Shown in pieces: positions 37,366 through 50,184 of a stretch of DNA of 62,000 bases; positions within the stretch are counted from its first letter, which is position 1; every line of letters starts with the position of its first letter. The notes under the pieces were generated by a model. The model ran no database searches. It saw only the letters and a list, made by a program, of their open reading frames with translations, and had not been told where the DNA came from. Made by a program: the position numbers and the translations under genes. This DNA is from Vicugna vicugna (Eukaryota), in contig MU057887.1 of NCBI GenBank assembly GCA_013265495.1, positions 3,745,668-3,807,667 on the forward strand, written 5' to 3'.

Positions 37366-38411
37366 AAAAAATGTGAGTCCTCCAACTTTGCTCTTCTTTT
37401 TCAAGACCGTTTCAGCTGTTTAGGGTGCCTTGAGATTCCATATGAGTTTTAGGATTGGGTTTTTCTATCTCTGTAAATCATCACTGGGATTTTGGTGGAG
37501 ACTGCATTGAATCCAAAGATTGCTTGGATAATAATGATGTCTTGATGTTAATCCATGAACATGGGATGTATTTCCATTTATTTGTCTTCTCTAACTTGTT
37601 TCAGCCACATTTTATAGTTTTCAGTATACAAGTCTTCCACCTCATTCATTAAATTTATTTCTAAGTATTTTAGTCTTTTTGATGCTATCGTAGATGGAAT
37701 TGTTTTCTCAGTTTACTTTTTTGGATTGTTCATTGCAAGTGTGTAAAAATACAGTTGATTTTTGTGTGTTGATTTTGTATCCTGGAACTTTGCTGAATTC
37801 ATTTATTAGTTCTAACAGGTTTTGTGTGTATGTGTGAATTCTTTTAGCATTTTCTATATATAAGATCATGCCATCTGAAAATAGATGATTTTACTTCTTC
37901 CTTTCCAATTTGGGTATTCCAGTTTGTATACATTTAAATTTTCTTTTTCTTACCTAACTGCTCTGACGAGGACTTCCAGTGTTATTTTGAACAGAAGTGG
38001 TGAGAGCAGGCATCCTTGCCTTGTTCCTGATCCTAAGCGGAAAGCTTTCAGTCTCACCACTGAGTGTGATGTGAGCTGTGGGTTTTTCATACGTGGCCTT
38101 TATCCTGTTGAGGAAGTTCCCTTTTTTTCCTAGTTGATTGAGTGTTTTTATCATGAAAGGCTGTTGAGTTTTGTCAGATACCTTTTCTGCATCAACTAAG
38201 ATGATTGTATGTAAATTTTCCCTTCATTCTATCAATGTGGTGCATCGTATTGATTGATTTTCTCACGTTGAGCCTTTACGTTATGGAGTAAACCTCCTTG
38301 TTCGTGATGTGGAACCCCTGTACTACGCAGCTGCGTTCAGTTTGCCAGTATTTCGTTGAGGGTTTTTGCATCAGTGTTCACAAAGGGCATCGGCTGGTAG
38401 TTTGCATTTCT

Positions 38412-38558
38412 TTTTTTTAAATTGTGTTGAATTATTTTGTTTTGGTAGGGGGCAGGTAATTAGGTCTGTTTATTTTTAGGGGAGGTACAGGGGATGGAAC
38501 TCAGGACCTCGTGCAGGCTAAGCGTGCACTCTACCGCTTGAGCTACACCCTCCCCACC
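38412..38558 (-). mobile_element. tRNA-derived SINE (Vic-1-like)
   Basis: Reverse A/B boxes (gagctacaccctcccc; gggatggaactcaggacctc), T tail, TSD agtttg(ca/tg)tttct at 38399-38411 and 38559-38571. Confidence 0.8.
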
Positions 38559-38618
38559 AGTTTGTGTTTCTTGTAGTCCTCTGCTTATGTCTTAAGTAGC
38601 GGTTTGTCTGCCTTGCAG

Positions 38619-38781
38619 GTAGAAGCTGTCTCGGATAAATGGGAAGATGACAGCAAAAACCACAGCCCAGGGCTGTCCGACTCCAGCCCCCGGGTGCTGA
38701 TTGGCTGCGTGACCTCACTGAGGGATGGCGCTGGCTACATCAGCCAGACCACATACTTCTCCCGGGAGAGCGTTTGTGAAG
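38619..38781 (+). CDS. MOV10L1: MOV10L1 exon 3, [12 protein letters not shown]...FSRESVCE
   Basis: ccttgcag acceptor, G|gtgcgc donor, 163 nt. Confidence 0.96.
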
Positions 38782-40159
38782 GTGCGCTGGGCGGGTCTCC
38801 GCCTCACATTTCAAATTAGGTTTTGTGGGTTTTAAAAATGTCCATGGTTAGATTTGAGATGGCTGTGCGCATCCTCGAAAGGGCCACACCTGGGGTCACA
38901 GCTGGGTGCGCTTCATCTGTGAGGAGCCTTGGGCGGAGCAAAGGCTCCTGGCGCGGGGTGGACGAGCCGCCCTTTGTCATGTGTCCATTTGTTGGATGCA
39001 GCCACGAAGTTCTGGGTCACTGTTCCTTTCTCATAATTAGTACTACTAATCTAAAACAATAGTGTTATACAGAGGTCTTATTATTTTTTGAGTACTTCAG
39101 ATGTTTTAAAGCAGGAGTTGGGGATAATCTTGTATGTTTCCAAGAGTACAGGTCCATTTTTAATTGCATTTAATTTTAGCTGATCGAAGATTTTGTTTTT
39201 ATACCTAAAGAAACACTTTGTCAGCATCACTTAACTGAGTTTGACTGAACAGCTGTGTATTGTGTGCCTGCTGTCTGCATTGGTAGGTGGGGGCAGGGCA
39301 GGGGGAGACCGAGATGCGTGAGCCCAGTGCTGCCCCCTGCAGGGAACCAGACCTAGATGTGCTCTGTCTTCGGGCAGGGCTTAGAAGGGCTTCCTGGGGG
39401 CGGTGCTGGCACGGGTGCTGGCTGCACAGCCTGCTGGGCTGCATGTGCAGAAAGGGGTCGGAGCAGGCTTCTCTGCCACCCTGACAGCCAGGAGCCCAGG
39501 TATAGGAGGGCTGTCACCGTGAGCTCGGCCCACCGGCCAGCTTGCTGTTTTACGTTTCTTGGATGTAAAAGCCAGGACTCTGACCTTGACCGCTAATCCT
39601 GGGAGTTCCCAGGATGAGAATGACATGTGGCTGTCTGGGATTATAAACCTCTGTTCCATCAGAGAAGCCCTCAGTTTTGGAGAAATTGATCCTGTGATTG
39701 TCCAGCTCCAAGGCAGCTCATGGGCCCCTGTAGCCATGTGAGCAGGGTGTCACTCCCGAACACTGCTGGAATGTGCAGAAGGCCCACCCTGAGGACGGAC
39801 ACCCGCAGCACAGGAGGAGGGCTCTCCCAGCGCGGCCCAGTCCTCTCCAGCCCTTAGAGTTGTGTTGTTCAAAACCTATTTGCAAAACTAAAATTCCTTC
39901 TAGAAAAAAGAAAAATGATACCTGGGTACATTGAAGCATATTAAAAGAGTTTAGTATTGATTATTCAGTTATTCTTGGTACATAAAACAATCTAATTTCT
40001 TAGCATCCCTAATCCCACGTCACTGGTATTGTTCTGAAGAACGTACATTTTTCAATATGATCTTACTTTCATTTTTTTCATACAGTGGCCTTGAAAGCTG
40101 CATTTTATGGTTAATGAAGTTGTAACTGTAGGTGCCTTTGTTTGGCACTCCCTGTAGGC

Positions 40160-40550
40160 TACAGTATAATATTTTTAATTGAGGAAATACTAGTTTGTGT
40201 GTGGGTGGTTTCCTGTCTTTACTGATGAGCTTTTCCATTTCATAATTTTCTCGTTTCTAGTATGGCCTTTTCTCTTCTTCCTAGAGAAGTTCCTTTAGTG
40301 TTTCTTGTACAGCTGGTTTGCTGCTGCTGAATTCTTTTAGCTTTTGCTTAGATATCTGTGAAGCTTTTGATTTGTCAAATCTGAACAAGAGCCTTGCTGG
40401 GTAGAGTGTTCTTGGCTGCTATTCCTTTCCATCACTTTAAATATGTGGTGCCCTCCCTTGTGGCCCGCAGCGTTTCTGCTGAAGAATCAGCTGATAACTT
40501 TATGGGAGTCCCCTGTATGCTATTTGCCACTTTTCTCCTGCTGCTTTTAG
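40160..40550 (-). mobile_element. L1 fragment (ORF1 end and inter-ORF region)
   Basis: gctgaattcttttagcttttgctt and gtttctgctgaagaatcagctgataac are typical reverse L1 words. Confidence 0.7.
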
Positions 40551-41724
40551 TCAAGGAAGTACTAGTAAGCTCAGAGCAAATTTTGCCAAGTGTAGATATT
40601 CACAAGTCTGTGTTTTTTCCCAGATTTGTATAACTGAAATGTATAACTTTTTCAGCCCAAATGTTTTCTCTCTTTTTTTTTTGCCTCTGAGTACAGAGGT
40701 GTTAAATATTTTCATAAACTAAAACCTATCAAATAAATCATCTCTGTGATTTTTCTTTTCTAGAAATTTGTTTCTTTGGAATCTTACACCAAACTTGGAG
40801 GCTGTAAATTTGTAGGCCTTGTCAATTTCATGCATTCCATCACTGAGTATCAGTTTATCCAACTAAACGTAAGGGCATGAGGGCCTCCCTGAAAGGCTCC
40901 TCACACAGATGGGCCGATGTCGAGTCCCATCCTAGGAGCTGAGCTTTGAGCCACGTCCACGCGCAGGGTCTTCTTGCTCTGCCGCCTCCATTGCTTTTGT
41001 GGGGGAGTCAGGGTCACTGTTGCTGTATTTTCAGTAACTGCAATTCACAAAAGGCTTCAAAGCTGAACATTTTTTGCTTCCACATCTACTGAATACAACG
41101 ATTAAATATTTCCAACTGATTTTGAACAAAATGTAACCAAAATTTAGAGGTCTTGCTTAAAAACATTTAAAGGTGCACCATTGCTGATTTACAGAGTGCT
41201 TCTTCAAAGGTTCAAATGTTTGTGAAATTCAGACTGCGGGGCCGCCAAGAAAACCAGGCTGCCAGGTCCTGTGGTTTTGTTTGTTTTGCCACAGTCCTGT
41301 AATTGGGTCACCTTTGTGCACCAGTCCGTTTTGACCGCTGCAGTGGCGGCCTGCTGGAGGCACAGCGCGCAGAGGCAGACAGGACTGGTCTGCTCTGCGG
41401 CTCCCAGTGTGTCTGCCCCACGGGTTCCCGGCAACATACGCAGGGGTCTTGTTTTATTATGGTGCTTTGTTCCAGCAAAACTTGTGTTCGTGTAAAATTA
41501 CGTGAAAACCTGATTTTATCTTCAGTGTTGGATTTTTAACTGATTTGTAGCATTCACAATAACTTGAGATATTTCTCCTTCAACAGAATAATCTTCCAGA
41601 ATCTTTGAGTCCATGATTCTGATGGAGGGGAAAAATCCAACTGGTTTTTGAATTTGCTTCACTATTTTTCTCTCTAAAGTAACTGATTCACTTTAGAAGA
41701 ACTAGAAGAACTATTGCTTCACTT

Positions 41725-43412
41725 TTTTTTTTTAGGTGATTTTTGATTAGTTTATTTCTTTTTTTTAAACTTTTTTTTTCTGAGTTATAGTCATTTTACA
41801 ATGTTGTGTCAAGTTCCGGTGTAGAGCACAATTTTTCATTTATACATGAGCATGCATATATTCATTGTCATGTTATTTTTTCACTGTGAGCTACCACCAG
41901 ATCTTGTATATATTTCTCTGTGCTATAGCATATAATCTTGTTTATCTATTCTACATATGCCTGTCAGTATCTACAAATTTTGAACTCCCAGTCTGTCCCT
42001 TCCCACCCCACCCTTGGTAACACCAAGTTTGTATTCTATGTCTGTGAGTCTGTTTCTGTTTTGTATTTATGTTCTTTTTTTTTTTTTTGATTCCTCATAT
42101 GAGCGATCTCATATGGTATTTTTCTTTCTCTTTCTGGCTTACTTCAGTTAGAATGACATTCTCCAGGAACATCCATGTTGCTGCAAATGGCATTATGTTG
42201 TCATTTTTATGGCTGAATAGTATTCCATTGTGTAAATATACCACATCTTCTTTATCCAGTCATCCGTTGATGGACATTTAGGCTGTTTCCACGTCTTGGC
42301 TATTGTAAACAGTGCTGTTATGAACATTGGGGTACAGGTGTCTTTTTGAAGTAGGGTTCCTTCTGGATATATGCCCAGGAGCGGGATTCCTGGGTCATAT
42401 GGTAAGTCTATTCCTAGTCTTTTGAGGAATCTCCATACTGTTTTCCACAGTGGCTGCACCAAACTGCATTCCCACCAGCAGTGTAGGAGGGTTCACTTTT
42501 CTCCACAGCCTCTCCAGCATTTGTCACTTGTGGATTTTTGAATGATGGCCATTCTGACTGGTGTGAGGTGATCCATCATCATAGTTTTGATTTGCATTTC
42601 TCTGATAATTAGTGATATTGAGCATTTTTTCATGTGCCTATTGATCATTTGTATTTCTTCCTTGCAGAATTGCTTGTTTAGGTCTTCTGCCCATTTTTGG
42701 ATTGGGTTGTTTGTTTTTTTCTTATTAGTCATATGAGCTGCTTATATATTCCGGAGATCAAGCCTTTGTTGGTTTCATGTGCAAAAATTTTCTCCCATTC
42801 CGTAGGTTGTCGTTTTGTTTTACTTATGATTTCCTTAGCTGTGCAGAAGCTCATAAGTTTCATTAGGTCCCATTTGTTTATTCTTGCTTTTATTTCTTCT
42901 AGGAGAAAATTTTTGAGATGTATGTCAGATAATGTTTTGCCTATGTTTTCCTCTAGGAGGTTTATTGTATCTTGTCTTATGTTTAAGTCTTTGATCCATT
43001 TTGAGTTTATTTTTGTGTGTGGTGTAAGGGAGTGTTCTAGCTTCATTGTTTTACATGCTGCTGTCCAGTTTTCCCAACACTATTTGCTGAAGAGACTGTC
43101 TTTATTCCATTGTATATTCTTGCCTCCTTTGTCAAAGATTAGTAGACCAAAAGTTTGTGGGTTCATTTCTGGGCTCTTTGTTCTGTTCCATTGGTCTGTA
43201 TGTCTGTTTTTGTACCAATACCATGCTGTCTTGATGGCTGTAGCTCTGTAGTATTGTCTGAAGCCTTGGAGAGTTATTCCTCCAGCCTCTTTCTTTTTCT
43301 TCAGTAATGCTTTGGCAATTCTAGGTCTTTTGTGATTCCGTATGAATTTTATTATGATTTGTTCTAGTTCTGTGAACTATGTCCTGGGTAATTTGATAGG
43401 GATTGCATTAAA
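41725..43412 (-). mobile_element. Relatively young 5'-truncated L1 (1.7 kb) with a 13-bp TSD
   Basis: ORF2 C-terminal peptides well preserved ([33 protein letters not shown]), poly-T tail, TSD tattgcttcactt at 41712-41724 and 43413-43425. Confidence 0.95.
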
Positions 43413-44376
43413 TATTGCTTCACTTCTTATGTGTGTCTGGGAGGGTTTAGAATAAAAGATTAGCAAAATTGTGTCAGACAGTTACCTGGTAAATGAAGCC
43501 ATGGTTTACACGACATGTTAATGCACCTTGAGGGCTTGTTGAGTTGTGCTCTGGGCATGTCCTCCGAGCACACGGACTGACCTTGCAGCCAGCGCTTCCA
43601 GAGGCCTATCTCCTGGCTCTGCCCTGCAGTGGTGCCAGTGTGGCCTGTGCACAGCAGTGGACACCGCGGGTGTTATGGGCTGTTGTGTGCTCATCACCAG
43701 CTCTCCTGAGAAGCAAACTCAGTATTTAATTATGCACATTTGATTTTTGGGCTTGTTGCTACCAGGAATGTTTATTGTAAAATAACAAAAAGGTTGTAAC
43801 TAGTTATAGCTTTACAGTAGGTACTACAGCCCACCTGTTCAGGCCACACTCTCCCTGTTGGTGTCAGGACTGCTCAGCCACTTCACCTCACCCAGCCTGC
43901 AGGTTCCTAGTGTTCCCGCCCAGGCAACCCTGCGTGTCCCTGATGGGGCGGGGGACTCTCTCCATGGCTGGAAGAAGCTGACATGGAAGCAGGGCACCCC
44001 TTCTCCCCCTAGACTGGAGGAGGGAAGTTGATAGAGGGGAGGTTGCAGTTGTTCATAATACTTTGTTGCTGTGTTTGTTTGTTTGTTTGTTTTAATGAAA
44101 AGCATGGGGAGGATTGAACCCAAATGGGATCCTGAGACTCTGTTGGAACCAGGTGTATCCAGGCCTAACCTCAGACCTCTCTGAGGACCCTGCCCTCACC
44201 TTGTGGGCTGGAGGGTCAGGCTGTGCAAAGGTTGGTCTTTAATAGCCTCTGCTCTCTCTGAGCAGGGTAAATGGAGAAGAGAATTAGGTTGATAAGCTGG
44301 TTTCTGACAGGCGGGAACAGAGAGCTCCTTCCTTAACTGTTCACATGTATGTCGGCACAGTATAACTTCGTAGTGA

Positions 44377-44592
<216 letters not shown>

Positions 44593-44787
44593 TAGGAAGT
44601 CAGGAGAACTGAGGTTCCATCTCAGCTGGAGGAGACCCTGTCCTCTTACTGAGAGTGCTGCCTCCCTGTGGGGAGGCGCATAGTACAGCTCTGGGTGACA
44701 GAGGTCTACACAGGTGTCACGATGCCCTGGGTGTTGGGAGCGAGTGCAGGGAGACGCAGGCTCTGAGCCTGCTGTCACCACTACTGT

Positions 44788-44835
44788 GGGCCAGGAGAAG
44801 GGCCGGGAGTGGGGCCAGGAGAGGGGCCAGGAGAG
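44788..44835 (+). repeat. 12-bp tandem repeat (gggccaggagag) x4
   Basis: Four near-identical units in MOV10L1 intron 4. Confidence 0.75.
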
Positions 44836-44988
44836 GAGGGGATTGAGTCTGCGGGAAAGGGGAGGTGTGCACAGCCTGAGGTCCCCCCCTGCCCCTGGGA
44901 CCCAGTGCTGTGGGCCAGCTCAGCAGGCATCGGTTCCGGTGGGCCCCATCCACATGTGGTAACTGGCTCCTGGGCACCGTGCCGACAG

Positions 44989-45176
44989 GTCTGTGTGTCT
45001 AGCCTCTGTGGAAGAAACGGGGTGATTGACGACTGCATCTTTTTTACCTTGGACTCCCTAAAACTTCCGGAAGGATATGTGCCTCGGAGACACGACGTGG
45101 TCAGTGCAGTGGTGGTGGAGAGCAGCCAGTCGTGCTACGTGTGGCGGGCGCTGTGCCTAACGCCCGTGCACAGGCG
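44989..45176 (+). CDS. MOV10L1: MOV10L1 exon 5, [27 protein letters not shown]...TPVHR
   Basis: gacag acceptor, CG|gtgagg donor, 188 nt. Confidence 0.95.
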
Positions 45177-46396
45177 GTGAGGAGACTGGCTGGGCAGGGC
45201 TGGGCGGATCCGGGGCTGCATGTCGTAAAACAGAGTAATGGCGGGCTGTGTGTGGTCTTCGTGGCTAAGTGAAGGCCGAGTTAAAAGTTGCCTCGTTCCT
45301 TAATCTCATGGTGATGATCTTCGTACTTTGGTGGGTTTATGCTGCTACTCCTTCCCCCGCTGGCATTTGTTAGAACACACCGCACGGTAGGTGCTGAATT
45401 TGCTGTCTCCTCTCCTGTGCCCCCTCCCGCCCCCGTGCTCTGGGGCTAAGCGGCAGCCCTGCCCAGCCTCCCGCTCCCTTCTCTGCCTGCTTTTCCCCCT
45501 TGGCCCTTATCTCCAGTGAGCTTGTTACACGGTTTTCAGATTGTTCTGTTTTTGAGCTGATCTCCTCAACAGAGTGAGTTCTGGGTCGCACCTACCGAGT
45601 GCCTGGCCCGCGTCCCCAAGCCACGGGGGTGTGTGTGGTTCTGCCGGGAGCAGAGCGGCGGGAAGTGCCCCACAATGCAAGGGGTGAATGAGCCTCCGTT
45701 CTTGGCTGTGATCAGTGTCTGCAGAAGGGCCACCAGGCCTGGGGCTGCCGGGCTGGAGAAGCGCCGGCGCACGTGGTGGACGGAGGAGGCGGGGGGGAGC
45801 GGGAGTGGGAGGGCCGTGTGTGTGACAGCAGGGACTTGCAGGGAGCTGACTGCGAAGGGGTCACTTGTGTGGTCGAGGAGTCGCTGTGTGTGTGTGGACA
45901 GCAGCTAGTTTCTGAGTGGGGCTGCAGCCCGGGTTTGGGAGGTGGGGAGCACCGGGGGGCGGTGGGGTGAGCTCAGCGGTACCATCAGGAAGGTAGAGGG
46001 GCTTCTCCATGGAGGGTGGAATCACCTCATTTTCTGAAGAGAAAAGTTCTCATTTAATTGTTTTCAAATACTTTGTAGCAACAACTCTTTCCAAATGAAA
46101 GCTTAGCAGTGGGTCCCTGATGAACACCCCCCACCCCCAGCAGCCTGGGAGGGATGGGGAAGAGGACGGTGGCACAACGGGCCCCGGGGCATCTGGAGAA
46201 CCTGCAGCTGGTGGAGCCCAGCATCAGGCCCCCTGGTCCCCGGTGTCACCACTGTGTCCCTCCCCTTCTGGTCCCGGGTTCTGAGTGTTGTCGCTCCATG
46301 GTCACCTCTCTGGGACTTGGCTCCTTGTCTCCAGCCTGAGGGGGGAGGCTGGCGGCGCCTCAGACGCGCAGCCTGACACTGCTACGCTCCCTCCAG

Positions 46397-46537
46397 GGAC
46401 TTCTCCACCCCCGAGGAGGCCGCCGGGGAGGCCTGTGGAGCCCTCTTACAAAACAAAGGTGACGTCGAGGTCACAAGGATGACAAATTTTGGAACAATGA
46501 AAGAAGGAGGATGTAAAAGTATGGTGATCTGTATAGA
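46397..46537 (+). CDS. MOV10L1: MOV10L1 exon 6, DFSTPEEAAGEACGALLQNKGDVEVTRMTNFGTMKEGGCKSMVICIE
   Basis: ctccctccag acceptor, GA|gtaagt donor, 141 nt. Confidence 0.92.
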
Positions 46538-46793
46538 GTAAGTTTGCCACTCAAATAAAATTGCTCATTAGTTTACATGGGTTTTAAACTGTAATTTAAG
46601 AATTTCTATAGGATCAACTTTACTTTTCCTACATGTATCTATTTAGGTTTTCCACCCTGAAATACCCTTTTAACTTGTACTCATAAAAGTATTTGTCGTT
46701 GCCTTTCACTAATTAGATTGAATTCTGAGTTTTATAGTAACTGAATATTTTAGCTTTAGAAATCTGTGTTCACAACTAATTCTCTTTTTCCAG

Positions 46794-47038
46794 GAATAAA
46801 GGAGACGTTCCTCAGTACTTAGTCTGTTGCAAACTGGCTGGCTGGGACAAAGCTAAACAGTTCAGATTTCAGATGCTGGATAAAACTCAGAGGTGCTCCG
46901 TGGTGTCTCTTGTTTCTCTTCCTGAGGAGGAGAAGAATTTTTCAGATGAAACTATTAACTCATTAGACAGCTGCAGAAAAACTGACACCTGTCAGACATT
47001 GGAGAGCAGCTTGGGGAACAGCAGAGCAGTCTCTCCAG
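46794..47038 (+). CDS. MOV10L1: MOV10L1 exon 7, [30 protein letters not shown]...AVSP
   Basis: ctctttttccag acceptor, G|gtagac donor, 245 nt. Confidence 0.95.
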
Positions 47039-47420
47039 GTAGACGCTTCACTGTTTCTGTGACATCAGCCTCTGGAGCCTGGCAGGTCGGGCGCCGGTGC
47101 AGCTGCTCTCTGGGGCCCTGGGCAGGCGAGTGGCAGTAATTTCGCTGCGGTCCCTTTGATCTGGACCCTTCTCTGATACCCGGGGTAAAACAGCTTGAGA
47201 AACACCGGAAGTGCTTCAGACGAGCGCTTCCCAGGAATGATTCCAGACTGGGGAGGGGCTGCCTACTGTCCCCTTACTCTTTGGCCATCCACCGTCTGTG
47301 GTTTTGTGTCTGTATGTGTGGCGGTCTCTGTGTGATGCTTATGTCCACCAGCCTGCCACCCCTGGGAAAGGGAACATGTTCACCTTTGGTCTAATTTTAG
47401 ATTTAAATTTCATCTCCCAG

Positions 47421-47553
47421 ATGACTGTGCCTGTAAAGGAGGAAGCGGAGAAAAGGAAAAGTGTGCATCAAGGAAACAGGTGACAGAGCCTGAGCCCGGC
47501 AGGCTCATCCCTCCAGGCGGACAAACCCTGATTGTGATCATATGTGAAGCGAA
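47421..47553 (+). CDS. MOV10L1: MOV10L1 exon 8, DCACKGGSGEKEK...TEPEPGRLIPPGGQTLIVIICEA
   Basis: tctcccag acceptor, AA|gtacgt donor, 133 nt. Confidence 0.93.
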
Positions 47554-48536
47554 GTACGTGGCTGGAGGATGTGGAGGGACTTTACTGTGGGGACAGCTGG
47601 ACACTTGTCTTTTTAGGTTTCATGTGTGGTGTTCTAGGTTGAACGTTACAAAAAGTATTCATAACTATTTTGATGGGCCGAAACTGTAAGAAAAAGCATT
47701 GCTGGAGATGGTGGCTTGAGTGTGCGTGCACATCAAGGCCCTGCTGCCCTGCCTGGACTCCGGACTGGCCGGGAGGATGGTACAGGCAGGGCTCCCCCAG
47801 CCCTTCTGCTCCCTTGGCTCGGCCCGAGACCTTCTTGCCCCTCCCTCTGCCTCCACCTGAGCAGCCAGGCAAAACACGGGATCCCGAGCCCTTGCGGGTC
47901 CTTCCTCTCTTCGGCCTCCTCCCTGTGTCCAGGCTCCCGGCCTGGTGGTCCCCCTTCAGCGAGCACTCGGGCTGCAGCCCTTAGTCCCTCCCTCATCTCA
48001 CGTGCACCTGCTCGTCCTCAACTCGTCAGACAGTGGGTCTGGTTAGATCCGCGCCTTGCCTCAGGCCAGTGGTGATCCGTGAGCGCAGGGCAGTCCTGCG
48101 TCAGCGGCTTGTGACACAGCTCCTGTAGGCCGTCTGTAACCCGTGGCAGTGACAGTGATGGTGCAGGGGGCGGTGAGGAGGCCGAGTGCCGGATGTGCAG
48201 TGGAGCTGGGACCCTGGCAACAGCAGAAACTGGGCAGGAGGCAGAGTGAAAGTCGTGTCTTCTTGGTCACATGACACAATTCTGATTTAAACTGGGGAAT
48301 ACTGGAAATGTTTTTCCTGTTCTTAAGTCTGAGAATTACAGAGAAGACCATTTTAGGTGCTTGATTTTTATCTTGGGAAAATGTTACATTGCTTACGTCC
48401 CCTTTTTCCCTGAGAAGATTATCAAAAGCTAAGGAGGACAGTGGTTCGATAGCTGTGTGATTGTCCTCATGTGAGTGAAGGGGAGTGTGTGGGACCCGCC
48501 TGTCTTATTGGTGACAACCATGTTTGGTTTGTCCAG

Positions 48537-48731
48537 GAACTCCGGCCGCTGCAAGGAGCTCCTTCTGCTTTGCTTCTCCAATTTCATAATCGGGCGATTC
48601 CTTGAAGTGACCGTCGTGAGTGAGGAGGAGTCATTGATAGCGGTCCGAGAACCGTTTTCATGGAAAAAGTCAAAAAGTTCCCAAGCATTAGTTTCTACAA
48701 AAACTACAGTTGTTGTGACCACGCAGAAAAG
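48537..48731 (+). CDS. MOV10L1: MOV10L1 exon 9, [24 protein letters not shown]...VVVTTQK
   Basis: tttgtccag acceptor, AG|gtaccg donor, 195 nt. Confidence 0.96.
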
Positions 48732-49589
48732 GTACCGTGGGCGGAGGGGACAAGCCAGCCGGCGCTCGGGCTAGCAGTGTGAGGGATCTGTGTGGCTGCT
48801 TTGCTGTTGGAGGGAAATGGGCATCCCCTGTTCCACCATTGTTCTGGGGTTGCGCTGGGAGGAGAGGGTGGGGGACAGGCACTGTGGAGAGGACTGCAGC
48901 GCCCCCTAGTCTCGGGGTGATCTCCCACAGCAGGATGCCATTTGACACTTGCCTTCAGCTCCTGCCACCTCTCATGTTCCCACAGCCCAGCCAGCCCGTC
49001 TCCCGAGACGTCCTGTGTCCCACATGGGCACCCGGAGGCGTCGATCTGCAGGGGTCAGTGAGACATGGCTGGTGTGACTGCGAGCCATTCACAGCACCTG
49101 AGTTAGCTTGTTGAGCGCTAACTCAACAAGCTTGGCTGCTTGAAGTCCATTTGAAGATGTAGCGTCTCTGAAAAATGAAATTAAGAAGGAAAAAATCTGC
49201 TAGTAACGTATGGCTGGGGGCTTGGGGATGACCCGGCCTTTAACTGGGGTGTGGTCTGGAGAATGTGTGGCATGTCCATATTTTCTTGTCTGCAGCTATG
49301 AAACCCAAACTCTGAACAGCAGATTTTGTTTTTTTAAGCTTACCAAAAACTCTGATCTCTGGGGCTGAGGGGATGTTTGGTGATAGCACCCTGTGTCTTG
49401 TGGACACTTACCCTCAGGCTGTAACTGATGGCTTGAGCGCTGCCCAGAACCCCCTGGGGTGATGTGTGCCACTTCTCCAACAGTGGAAAGTCCCGGATTT
49501 CAGGTCACACCTTACCCAGAAGCAAATGAAGATAAGGTACTATGACTGGTGCTGATTTGTGGGCTGGAGGAAGAATCTCTCAGCCGAGT

Positions 49590-49790
49590 ATTGTGTGGCT
49601 GTTAACCTTGGGGTTGAACTGTTGTTTGAATCCCAGCACTGCGGATGGGAAGCTGTGTGACTTCGGCCAGTTCCTCAGTCCCTCTGAGCTTTAGTCTCAT
49701 TTGTAAAGTGGTAGCCACCACCCCCCCGTGTGGCTGTGAAGATTAAATGTGTGGTTTCTGGCACAGGTGGTCAGTAGTGACCAGTCGATA
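49590..49790 (+). mobile_element. MIR
   Basis: tttgaatcccagcactgc...gctgtgtgacttcggccagttcctcagtccctctgagctttagtctcatttgtaaagtgg is the MIR core. Confidence 0.75.
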
Positions 49791-50184
49791 GTATCAATCG
49801 TTGGTCATGTGAACAGTGGTCAGACGTGTCCTAGGGCTGGAACCTGGAACATGGGAGCAAGAGGCCGCTGCGGCCTGCGGGCAGCAGGGTCCAGGTGGTT
49901 GGGCTCCAGTTACGGGAGCTTTTACGAACCTCTGGCTGTCACTTAGTGGTGCACCAAGCAGCCTTCTTGTTCTACTTTGGCTTTACTGGAGGAGTGAAAT
50001 AAGCCAAGAGCACAGGTGTTTTAATTCTCTAGTTAGTTACTTCCCTTTGAATGTTAATACATCGTTACCATACGGAAACATCCATGAAACAGGACATTTG
50101 TTTCCCGCTGTCAGAACAGTGACCCAGAGTGCCTGTCCTCCTTGGCTTGGCATCCTTGGAACTGCCAGTGTCTGTACCTGCTCA

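Larger units (their letters stand above)
33400..38580 (-). mobile_element. Cluster of antisense L1 fragments filling MOV10L1 intron 2, with nested younger inserts
   Basis: Minus-strand ORF2 pieces ([47 protein letters not shown]) and short L1 3' ends at about 34670-34820 and 35720-35855. Confidence 0.85.
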
